Assembly (NCBI GenBank): GCA_001823695.1
Contig: MHVD01000004.1
Coordinates: forward strand, 1-41,428
DNA length: 41,428 nucleotides
From: Candidatus Zambryskibacteria bacterium RIFCSPHIGHO2_01_FULL_43_25
GTDB lineage: Bacteria; Patescibacteriota; Minisyncoccia; Phycocordibacterales; Zambryskibacteraceae
Reading direction: 5' to 3'
The notes below the pieces were generated by a model that saw only the letters and a program-made list of their open reading frames with translations, did no database searches and was not told the DNA's origin. Made by a program: the position numbers and the translations under genes. Positions 17,193-25,216 of the stretch are shown one piece after another. Within the stretch, counting starts at the first letter, position 1, and each line of letters begins with the position of its first letter.

Positions 17193-17720
17193 TCATTTCT
17201 TAAGCATCATTATACCAAAGTGATGTTCGCCTGCCGATATATCCTTTTCAACCGAAAATCCCTTGTTTGAGAAAAGCGAGACTGCTGAATCTCTGGTAAA
17301 TACGGCCGACTGTTCCGGACCAAGACCTTCGAAAGAATCCGTCCAGTCAATAATCAAAGCCCGCCCGCCGGACTTGAGTATCCGCGCCGCTTCTCCAGCA
17401 CAGGCCTCTTTATTGGAAATTTGAAACAGCACATTGGACATAAAAACCCAGTCAGCGCTCGCATCCTTCAGTCTGGTGCCTCCTATTTGTTCTATATCGC
17501 CCCAGATTATCTCAACATTGGAGAGGTTGCGGCGGCGCGCCTCGTTTTTTATACGAGCCAAAAGATCCTTCTGAATGTCCACGGCATAAACTCGGCCTGA
17601 CTCGCCTACTTTAAGCGCCGCCGCCAGGGTGTAGTGGCCGGAGCCGGAGCCAAAGTCAACCACTACTTGCCCCAAAAGCAAGTTAAGCTGGTCTATATTT
17701 TTTTGAGGGTCGGAGAACAT
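17193..17720 (-). CDS. class I SAM-dependent methyltransferase
   Basis: Motif I VVDFGSGSGHYT and Rossmann-fold MTase spacing. 175 aa. Confidence 0.7.
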   Translation of the reverse strand: MFSDPQKNIDQLNLLLGQVVVDFGSGSGHYTLAAALKVGESGRVYAVDIQKDLLARIKNEARRRNLSNVEIIWGDIEQIGGTRLKDASADWVFMSNVLFQISNKEACAGEAARILKSGGRALIIDWTDSFEGLGPEQSAVFTRDSAVSLFSNKGFSVEKDISAGEHHFGIMMLKK

Positions 17721-17896
17721 AAGATAGACAAGAAACTAAAAACTTAATACAAAAAACTCAAAACCTGTTATTTAATTATAACTCACATATCAAGAATTGG
17801 TTATGGATAATTACACTACCCAATAGCGCTAGGTTCGCAACAAAATGTTACAGGTTGCAAGTTTTAAGTTTTAAGTTTTCCGTTGCAAGTTATACG

Positions 17897-20371
17897 CTAC
17901 AAGCATATAAGGCTTGCTAATTTGTCCCCTTCCCGCAATTTCATTATTCTAACGCCTTGAGTGGAGCGCGACAGTTCCGGAATTTCATTTATTCCCACTC
18001 TAATGACTTGCCCTTTTTGGGAAATTGCCACCAATTCTTCCTCTTCTTCCGTTACAACTGCCGATGATATCAGATTGCCCGTCTTTGCCGTTATCTTCCC
18101 TGTTTTTATTCCAGAACCGCCGCGCTTTTGAACCTTGTATTCTCCAATATCAGTTTTCTTACCGTAGCCATTCTGACTAATTACCAGCAACTTCGGGCTC
18201 GGAGCGTCTTTGCGGACAACTTGAGCCGCGATTATGCTGTCACTCTTGGATAGCTTCATCACCCTGACTCCTGCCGCGTTTCTACCCATTTCCCTGACAT
18301 CGGACTCCTTAAATCTGATTGCTTGGCCTTTTGTGGAAGCCAAAGACACGGTATCGCCCTTGCTTGCGAGCGAAGCAGACACCAACAAGTCGTCAGATGA
18401 GAGTTTAATGGCAATTATTCCGCTTGAGCGCACATCCCGAAGCGTCTCTGCCGCCACTCTTTTCCCAACTCCTTGTTTTGTAACCATGAACACGGAGAGG
18501 CCCTCCTTGGCTTTCGCTTCTTTTGGCACAGGCAAAATAGAAGTTATTTTTTCGTCGTCTCCCAGAGATATGAAATTCATTATTGATTTGCCGCGAGTCG
18601 CCCTTTTGCCTTCCGGAATATCGTACATCTTTATCTGATAGACTTTGCCCCGGTCTGTGAAAAAGAGAAGGTCGCTGTGAGTGCTGGTGGTCAAAAATTG
18701 CGTTACAAAGTCTTCCTCTTTGGTATTGAGGTCAACAACACCGACACCGCCGCGACGCTGCTTTTTGTATTCATCCGGATTCGTCCTCTTGATGTATCCG
18801 CCGGCGGTGAGTACTAGCGCGTTTTCTTCGTCTGCAATCAGATCTTCCGGCGAGAATATTTTTGCTCCGTGTTTGACCACTTTCGTCCTCCTTTCATCGC
18901 CATACTTCTCCTTGAGTTCCTTAAGCTCGTCTTTTATTATGCCAAGGATTTTTTTCGGATTTTTCAATATATCTTCAAGCAGAGAAATAAGTTCTTGTAT
19001 TGACTTGAGTTCGTCTTCAATTTTCTTGCGCTCAAGACCGGCAAGTCTCTGCAGTTTCATTTCCAAAATGGCAACTGACTGTTTGTCGGAGAACTTGAAC
19101 TCCTTCATCAGGCCCTTATGCGCATCTTCAACTGTCTTTGATGCTTTTATGAGCTTGATAATCGCATCTATGTGGTCCAGCGCTTTTTTGAGACCGAACA
19201 GAATGTGCTCGCGGTCTTTTGCCTTATTCAGGTCAAATTCCGTCTTTCGGCGGATAACTTCGGCTCGATGGACCGTAAACTCTTCCAGAATGTCTCGGAG
19301 AGAGAGTGTTTGGGGTATACCTTCTACAAGCGCTACAAGATTGAAATGGAATGTATCCTCAAGCGCCGTGTGCTTATAAAGAGCGTTAAGAACTTTTTGC
19401 GGCTGGCTGCCGCCCTTGAGCTCTATGACAATTCTTATATCTTTGGTGGATTCGTCGCGCAAATCTCTTATGCCGTCAATCTTCTTTTCGTGCACTAGGT
19501 CGGCAATTTTTTGTATCAAATCGGATTTATTGACTCTATAAGGAATGGCGGAAATTATTATTTGGTATTGGCCGAGTTTAGTTTCGGTTATTTCGGCAAT
19601 ACCACGCGTTACTACACCGCCGCGGCCAGTGGCATAAGCATGATGAATATCTTTCTCATTGAAAATAAGTCCGCCGGTCGGAAAGTCGGGACCCTTTATG
19701 AATTGCAACAAATCTTCCGTCGTGGCATCGGTATTGTCCAGAAGGTGGCAGACCGCGTCGGCGACTTCGCCAAGATTGTGCGGAGGAATATTGGTCGCCA
19801 TTCCGACCGCAATGCCCAGGGTACCGTTCAGAAGTAGGTTTGGAACTGCAGCCGGCAGAACTTCGGGTTCCTTTTTGGTGCCATCGTAATTGGGGCGGAA
19901 ATTGACTGTATTCTTGTCAATGTCCCGCAGAAGCTCGCTTGAAAGCCGAGACATTTTCGCTTCGGTGTATCTGTAAGCGGCGGCGGCATCGCCGTCTATT
20001 GAACCGAAGTTGCCCTGCCCGAGTACTAGCGGGTAACGAAAAGAAAAATCTTGGGCCATTTTAACCATCGCATCATATACGGACGCGTCGCCATGGGGAT
20101 GATAGCTTCCCAATACCGCACCGACGACTGTCGCCGACTTCCTGAATTTGGCGCTAGCAGTCAAGCCCATCTCATTCATTGCATATAAAATTCTCCTGTG
20201 AACGGGCTTCAAGCCATCGCGAACGTCAGGAAGAGCGCGGGCAGTAATAACCGACATCGCGTAGTCTAGATACGACTCCTTCATTTCGCTCGTTATGCTA
20301 CGTGAAACCACTTGAGAGATTGGCGCTCCCGCTTCTTCACTTTCCTTTTCTTCCTTTTTCTTTTCAGCCAT
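17897..20371 (-). CDS. gyrA: DNA gyrase subunit A
   Basis: 824 aa with the active-site region [29 protein letters not shown] and C-terminal beta-pinwheel repeats. Confidence 0.93.
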   Translation of the reverse strand: MAEKKKEEKESEEAGAPISQVVSRSITSEMKESYLDYAMSVITARALPDVRDGLKPVHRRILYAMNEMGLTASAKFRKSATVVGAVLGSYHPHGDASVYDAMVKMAQDFSFRYPLVLGQGNFGSIDGDAAAAYRYTEAKMSRLSSELLRDIDKNTVNFRPNYDGTKKEPEVLPAAVPNLLLNGTLGIAVGMATNIPPHNLGEVADAVCHLLDNTDATTEDLLQFIKGPDFPTGGLIFNEKDIHHAYATGRGGVVTRGIAEITETKLGQYQIIISAIPYRVNKSDLIQKIADLVHEKKIDGIRDLRDESTKDIRIVIELKGGSQPQKVLNALYKHTALEDTFHFNLVALVEGIPQTLSLRDILEEFTVHRAEVIRRKTEFDLNKAKDREHILFGLKKALDHIDAIIKLIKASKTVEDAHKGLMKEFKFSDKQSVAILEMKLQRLAGLERKKIEDELKSIQELISLLEDILKNPKKILGIIKDELKELKEKYGDERRTKVVKHGAKIFSPEDLIADEENALVLTAGGYIKRTNPDEYKKQRRGGVGVVDLNTKEEDFVTQFLTTSTHSDLLFFTDRGKVYQIKMYDIPEGKRATRGKSIMNFISLGDDEKITSILPVPKEAKAKEGLSVFMVTKQGVGKRVAAETLRDVRSSGIIAIKLSSDDLLVSASLASKGDTVSLASTKGQAIRFKESDVREMGRNAAGVRVMKLSKSDSIIAAQVVRKDAPSPKLLVISQNGYGKKTDIGEYKVQKRGGSGIKTGKITAKTGNLISSAVVTEEEEELVAISQKGQVIRVGINEIPELSRSTQGVRIMKLREGDKLASLICL

Positions 20372-20399
20372 AAAAAATATAAGACTTCCCGAAGTTCAT

Positions 20400-20756
20400 C
20401 TATCTTGCCGGATTCGCGGAATCACCCTGGAAAAACTCCAGGTCGCCTCCTTCAACTTGACTTTTTATCCGCTCGTATTCCTCGGAGAAAGAGCCAATCT
20501 CTTCATCTCCAGACATACCCTTGATCGCTTCGTATACCGAAGCGACCCCACGGCTTAGGGTCTCAAACGGACTCTCCGAACTCTCTTCGGTCTCGGTAGG
20601 AGCTTGGGCCACCACCGGAGCACTGCCTCCGGGAATATGAACTGAAAGCCAAACAACAAATATGAAAATTGTGATCAGGGCCGAAATGCCATAAGCCACG
20701 CGTCGTCTGTGGTGTTCCGGCTTTTCTCTTAGTCTATCTATTGTATTGAATACCAT
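20400..20756 (-). CDS. hypothetical single-TM protein with acidic C-terminal domain
   Basis: 118-aa ORF with TM helix ISALITIFIFVVWLSV. No recognisable domain. Confidence 0.35.
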   Translation of the reverse strand: MVFNTIDRLREKPEHHRRRVAYGISALITIFIFVVWLSVHIPGGSAPVVAQAPTETEESSESPFETLSRGVASVYEAIKGMSGDEEIGSFSEEYERIKSQVEGGDLEFFQGDSANPAR

Positions 20757-20772
20757 TTTTTTATATTAAATT

Positions 20773-21447
20773 TTAAGAACTACTAAGCACTATTATATCG
20801 CCCTCCCTGCCTTCTAAGTCCTTTCGTTTGAGAGTCAGCTTGTCTTGCGGCTTTATCCCTTCCTCTCCGCCTTCTTTGAGAAAAGCCTTGAGGCCGCCGT
20901 CCTTGCCCGTACTGTCAAAAGACATCGGTATCATAATCGCCGGTTCCAGTTTAACAGAAAGTTTGTAAGCGTCCGAAGGAGACAGGACTTCTCCGCCGCC
21001 AATAGGCACAAACAAAACATCAATACCGTCGAGCGCTTCCTTGGTTTCCGGACTTAATTCGGCGCTGTTTTGAATTACGCCCAGAAGACAGAGATTCATG
21101 TTTTCAAGAGATACGAGGTAAATGGTGTTTATCTGCTCTTTGCCGTCGTAATTTGTCTTTGAAGAAAAACCTTGAACAGCAATGTCATTGATTTCATAGG
21201 CGCCCGGACCGCTGATAACGAACGGCTTTTTGTCGCCACGAGAAGCGTTATCTACACCGTTGAAATCGGGATGATTGAGACTTGTGAGGACGATATCGGA
21301 GCCGAAACTGCTTGACGGATATTTTGATTCTTTGGATACGGGATTATAGGCGATAATCGTATCGCCAAACTGAATCCTGAAAGATTGAACACCCTGATAA
21401 GTGATTATCATTAGGCCTATTATAGCAAATTGGACGCTAAAAAACAA
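20773..21447 (-). CDS. MBL-fold (UPF0173-like) protein with degenerate metal-binding motif
   Basis: The C-terminal pattern DVLFVPIGGGEVLSPSDAYKLSVKLEPAIMIPMSFD resembles UPF0173 metal-dependent hydrolases. The expected HxHxDH is replaced by TSLNHPDFNG. N-terminal TM helix. Confidence 0.4.
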   Translation of the reverse strand: MFFSVQFAIIGLMIITYQGVQSFRIQFGDTIIAYNPVSKESKYPSSSFGSDIVLTSLNHPDFNGVDNASRGDKKPFVISGPGAYEINDIAVQGFSSKTNYDGKEQINTIYLVSLENMNLCLLGVIQNSAELSPETKEALDGIDVLFVPIGGGEVLSPSDAYKLSVKLEPAIMIPMSFDSTGKDGGLKAFLKEGGEEGIKPQDKLTLKRKDLEGREGDIIVLSSS

Positions 21448-21511
21448 GCAGTTTTTTGATGATTTTCAGCGAGTTTTTAACCCGCTTTACCTATTTTACC
21501 CTGCTCCTGAT

Positions 21512-21547
21512 GGTATTATAAAAACGCTATAGCGTTTTTATAATACC
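21512..21547 (+). repeat. 36-bp perfect palindrome GGTATTATAAAAACGC-TATA-GCGTTTTTATAATACC (PalA family) in the divergent intergenic region
   Basis: Exact reverse-complement arms with a TATA centre flanked by GC. The termini match the palindrome at 9986. Confidence 0.7.
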
Positions 21548-21653
21548 TATTGACAAATACTGCTTATTTGATACAACGTAAAAGGACCTTGAACATCCCC
21601 TTTTTTCGTGGAGGCAGCTCACGTCTAGGAACTCGCCTGATGCGATTCACAAG

Positions 21654-21890
21654 ATGAGGTACAACGCCAAGCTCTCCCTTGTGGTCGTGGCAATCATCTT
21701 GGCCGCAATTCTTTTTGCTGGCTTAGATGCGCCGGAGATCGGAATAATCTTCGGCGGATCGGCTCCGGCCATTACAGTGTGGAGACATCTACGTAGATGT
21801 CCACATTGTTTGAGTTGGCGAACCAAAAAAGATAGGTGGATTGGCCACCGCAGGTGTCTTGCCTGCTATTATACATACTTCAGGAAATAA
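21654..21890 (+). CDS. possible small protein: N-terminal TM helix plus C-terminal CxxC...CxxC zinc ribbon (low confidence; may be non-coding)
   Basis: The ORF encodes LSLVVVAIILAAILFAGL...CPHC-x17-CLAC. It lies in a GC-rich stretch next to the RNase P-like region. Confidence 0.2.
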   Translation: MRYNAKLSLVVVAIILAAILFAGLDAPEIGIIFGGSAPAITVWRHLRRCPHCLSWRTKKDRWIGHRRCLACYYTYFRK

Positions 21891-21894
21891 CCTG

Positions 21895-22268
21895 GGGTTT
21901 GCGCTTACTCTCCCTTCCACATGTTGCACGTGGAGGGAGTTGACTTCTCTCCCATAGGTGCAACTATATATTATAGAGCAGTACCCGTAGGCCTCCCCGT
22001 TCTATCGGCTAACGGATCACCCTCTTTCCGAGAAAGGAGACCCCCGCGCGATGTTAGTTGGAGCGATCCTCTTGTGGAGTCCCGTTACCTCCGGAAAGAA
22101 ACTGGATCCCAGTTGAGGGTCAAAAGGTGGGGGTGCCTGTCAGCTAAACCTGCCTAAGCCTCTCCGGGTACTTAGGCGAGACGTAACTGGCAGGCGCCTC
22201 TTCCTGAAAACATCACGGCTCTGCCGAGCCGAGAAGTCTTTCCCTCCCCCCACAGCGTGTGCGGGGGA
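21895..22268 (-). ncRNA. rnpB: GC-rich structured non-coding region with RNase P RNA (type A)-like motifs; candidate rnpB, strand uncertain
   Basis: No ORF with protein-like composition; local GC is about 55%. In minus orientation a hairpin CCCCCGCACA-cgc-UGUGGGGGG is followed by AGGGAAAGACUUCUCGGCUC (compare the P3-J3/4-P4 sequence GGAGGAAAGUCCGGGCUCC). Further on, GCCAGUUACGUCUCGCC resembles GCCAGGUAACGCCUGG. Complementary segments GACTTCTC (about 21946) and GAGAAGTC (about 22230) could form P4. Not verified; a covariance model is needed. Confidence 0.3.
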
Positions 22269-22281
22269 TTTTCAATTTAAG

Positions 22282-22323
22282 ACCATCACATTTTTTCTGC
22301 TATAGCAGAAAAAATGTGATGGT
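22282..22323 (+). repeat. 42-bp perfect hairpin/palindrome ACCATCACATTTTTTCTGC-TATA-GCAGAAAAAATGTGATGGT (PalB family)
   Basis: 19-bp exact stem with a TATA loop. The terminal 10 nt and the GC-TATA-GC centre are identical to the element at 29834. Confidence 0.75.
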
Positions 22324-22485
22324 TGAATTCAATTTAAAAAAGTTGGAAAAAACTTTACAAAACATACTAAATCATTTAGTATAAGGTCGCTTTCGCAGGA
22401 GAGCACAATTATTAGAATATTCGTCGTGTAATCCCGTTTCGGAGTCACTCTGACAAAGCGAGAAGCGGACCATGGCGCATTTTTT

Positions 22486-23631
22486 ATGGCAGAAATACAA
22501 ACAAAACCCAAGACCACAGCGGAGGATGTAAACGCTTCCGAAGAAGAAATAAAGTCAAAAAAGGAGAGTTACATGACCAGGCGTTTTGCCGAGGCCGCCA
22601 ACCCTCCGGCAATTGAAGACTTGATAGAAGGCAAGGTGATATCCATTGAACCGGGGGCGGTTTACATTGACCTTGTTCCCTTCGGCACGGGCATAATATA
22701 CGGCCGCGAGTATCTCAATGCCCGCGACATAATAAAGAAGATTAATATCGGCGACAGTGTTGCCGGAAAGGTGGTCGGCATAGACGACAAGGACGGCTAC
22801 ATTGAAATTTCGCTTAAAGAGGCGAGGCAAGCTCTAATCTGGGGAGAAGCCGAAGAGGCGATAAGAGAAAAGAGAATTTATGACCTTGTGATTCAAGACG
22901 CCAACAAGGGCGGGCTTATAATGACTTGGCAGGGCATACAGGGCTTCTTGCCCGCTTCCCAGCTCAAACCCGAGCACTATCCGAGAATCTCCGACGGCGA
23001 CAAAGATAAAATTCTTGAAGAACTGCAAAAACTCGTTAATGAGAAAATTTCCGTATCAATCATCGCCGCAATTCCGAAAGAGGGAAAACTGATATTTTCC
23101 GAGAAAAGTCCGGAGAGCAAAGACAAGACAGAGATTATAAGCAAATACAACCTGGGCGACGAGATTACCGGCGAAGTGACTGGTATCGTTGATTTCGGCG
23201 TCTTTGTCAAACTGGAAGAAGGCCTTGAAGGACTGGTCCACATATCAGAAATGGATTGGGCTTTGGTGGAAAACCCTCGGGCAATGTACAAGATTGGAGA
23301 CAAAGTTAAGGTCAAGGTCATTGAAATCAAAGACGGCAAGATTTCATTGTCTATAAAAGCGCTCCAGCCGAATCCATGGATTGACGCCGCAAAGAAATAC
23401 AAGAAAGACGACATTGTGAAAGGCGTAATCATCAAGTTTAACAAGCACGGAGCGCTGGCTTCCATTGAAGAAGGTGTTGCCGGCTTGGTACATATTTCAG
23501 AGTTCGGCAGTGAAGATAAGTTGCGGGAGAAGCTTGAACTCGGCAAAACTTACAACTTCAAGATAACTTTGTTTGAACCCAAGGAGCAGAAAATGGCGCT
23601 GTCGTATGGAGAGGCAAATCCGATAGAGTAG
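22486..23631 (+). CDS. rpsA: 30S ribosomal protein S1 (short, four S1 domains)
   Basis: Repeated S1 OB-fold motifs (G.V.G.V..I..FG.FV.L..G..GL.HISE). Confidence 0.85.
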   Translation: MAEIQTKPKTTAEDVNASEEEIKSKKESYMTRRFAEAANPPAIEDLIEGKVISIEPGAVYIDLVPFGTGIIYGREYLNARDIIKKINIGDSVAGKVVGIDDKDGYIEISLKEARQALIWGEAEEAIREKRIYDLVIQDANKGGLIMTWQGIQGFLPASQLKPEHYPRISDGDKDKILEELQKLVNEKISVSIIAAIPKEGKLIFSEKSPESKDKTEIISKYNLGDEITGEVTGIVDFGVFVKLEEGLEGLVHISEMDWALVENPRAMYKIGDKVKVKVIEIKDGKISLSIKALQPNPWIDAAKKYKKDDIVKGVIIKFNKHGALASIEEGVAGLVHISEFGSEDKLREKLELGKTYNFKITLFEPKEQKMALSYGEANPIE

Positions 23632-23715
23632 CTTTCAGCTGCTTGCCCGTTCAATTTTTACGAAGTAAAAATTGTTCGGGTCAGGTGTCAGTTTTCAGGA
23701 AGGCTAAAAAGCATC

Positions 23716-23750
23716 AAAAAACCGTCCGCCTACTGGCGGAGTGGTTTTTT
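23716..23750. terminator. bidirectional intrinsic terminator, CCGCC-hairpin family copy 1 (A-run, CCGTCCGCC-TACT-GGCGGAGTGG, T-run)
   Basis: Lies between the convergent rpsA (+) and pth (-). Confidence 0.7.
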
Positions 23751-23811
23751 GTAGTCCATCACATGCGCGCACATGGAGGAACTGCTTATCCTAAAGCCTA
23801 GCGCCTAGAGC

Positions 23812-24441
23812 CTAATTTCCTATTTGATTAAACTCATTCATCGCCCTCTCTTTTCCTTCAAGAATTATCACTTCAAGCGCTTCGGTGATTTTCTTTGACA
23901 CTTTTTTGAGTACAGCTATTTCTGCTGGTTTGAAATCGCTAATTATAAATTTATCAACCGCGCTCTCCCCTTTCGGTTTCCTGACTTTCCCTTTCGGGGT
24001 TACAGGCGATATTCCGACTCTTATTCTTATAAAACCGGTGGTTTTGAGCGCGCGGATTATTGATTCAACTCCCCTGTGCCCACCCGAACCGCGGTCAAAT
24101 GTAATTTTGAAACTGCCAAGCGCGATGTCCAAGTCATCGTGAACGACAATAAGTTCTTCCGCGGCTTTTTTGCTTTTTATCGCTTTTGAAACACTAGCAC
24201 CGGATTTATTCATAAATGTTTCCGGAAAAATCAGGAGTACTTTTTTTTCTTTGCCCGCTGAAGCTTTAGCGGAAGTGGGGCCGACTTTATGCTCGGAAAT
24301 AAGCCCCGCGTACTTACCGTTCGGCACAAATTCTGGGAAACCCTGCTGTTTGGCGAAATAAGACACGACAATCCTGCCGGTATTGTGCCGACTGTTTTCA
24401 TACTTTTCTCCCGGATTTCCAAGTCCTGCAATTGTAAACAT
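23812..24441 (-). CDS. pth: peptidyl-tRNA hydrolase
   Basis: N-terminal signature MFTIAGLGNPGEKYENSRHNTGR. The ORF track begins 6 codons earlier, at 24459. Confidence 0.85.
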   Translation of the reverse strand: MFTIAGLGNPGEKYENSRHNTGRIVVSYFAKQQGFPEFVPNGKYAGLISEHKVGPTSAKASAGKEKKVLLIFPETFMNKSGASVSKAIKSKKAAEELIVVHDDLDIALGSFKITFDRGSGGHRGVESIIRALKTTGFIRIRVGISPVTPKGKVRKPKGESAVDKFIISDFKPAEIAVLKKVSKKITEALEVIILEGKERAMNEFNQIGN

Positions 24442-24532
24442 AATTGAATAATATATCACAATTTAATTTTTAGTCCTCTGCCTTTTATTTTGCGTTTTTA
24501 TCCAACACCGTTGTGCAACTCAAACTAATCTT

Positions 24533-25216
24533 GTGTCAAACGGACTTAGTGTAATACAATCAATGGGCATTTTAGAAAAAATGGACATTCAAAAAGAAAC
24601 GAACAATCCGTCAGCTGACGGACCAGCCGAAAATAATTCCTCAACGCCGGCACAAGAAAACAAGAAAGGCAGTTTTGGAGAGTTTATAAAGTTCATAGTC
24701 ATTGCCGCTGTTATCGTAATTCCCTTCCGGATGTTTATCGCCCAGCCGTTTGTGGTAAACGGCGCTTCAATGGATCCGACTTTCGAATCAGGCGAGTACT
24801 TGATAGTTGACCAGCTGACTTACCAGTTTGAAAGCCCGAAAAGGGGTTCAGTGCTTATATTCAGATATCCGAAAGATCCTAAAAAATTTTTTATAAAGAG
24901 AATAGCCGGTCTTCCGGGTGAAACTCTAGAGTTGCGCGGCGAAATAATAACGATAAAAAATTCCGACCATCCGGAGGGTTTCCAGCTTGACGAGCCGTAT
25001 CTCAAGTACACCAGAGCGGACAACATGACCGTGGTTTTGGGTCCAGATGAATACTTTGTTTTGGGCGACAACAGACAGGCCAGTTCCGACTCGCGAGTCT
25101 GGGGCACGTTGCCGGAAAATTTGATAGTCGGCAGACCGATTATTCGGCTCTTGCCGCCGAACAAGATTGATTGGCTCCCCGGCGACTATTCAGAAAATAT
25201 TGAAAAAAACAATTGA
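24533..25216 (+). CDS. lepB: signal peptidase I (S26 family)
   Basis: Catalytic Ser motif GASMDPT, Lys motif KRIAGLPGE and conserved GDNRQASSDSRVWG. N-terminal TM helix. The start codon is ambiguous (24533, 24563 or 24581). Confidence 0.85.
   Translation: MSNGLSVIQSMGILEKMDIQKETNNPSADGPAENNSSTPAQENKKGSFGEFIKFIVIAAVIVIPFRMFIAQPFVVNGASMDPTFESGEYLIVDQLTYQFESPKRGSVLIFRYPKDPKKFFIKRIAGLPGETLELRGEIITIKNSDHPEGFQLDEPYLKYTRADNMTVVLGPDEYFVLGDNRQASSDSRVWGTLPENLIVGRPIIRLLPPNKIDWLPGDYSENIEKNN

Noticed and set aside
21590-22270. tmRNA (ssrA) as an alternative identity for the GC-rich non-coding block
   Set aside because: No tRNA-like 3' end (T-arm GGTTCGAATCC plus acceptor-CCA) and no tag-peptide reading frame ending in ALAA-like codons were found.
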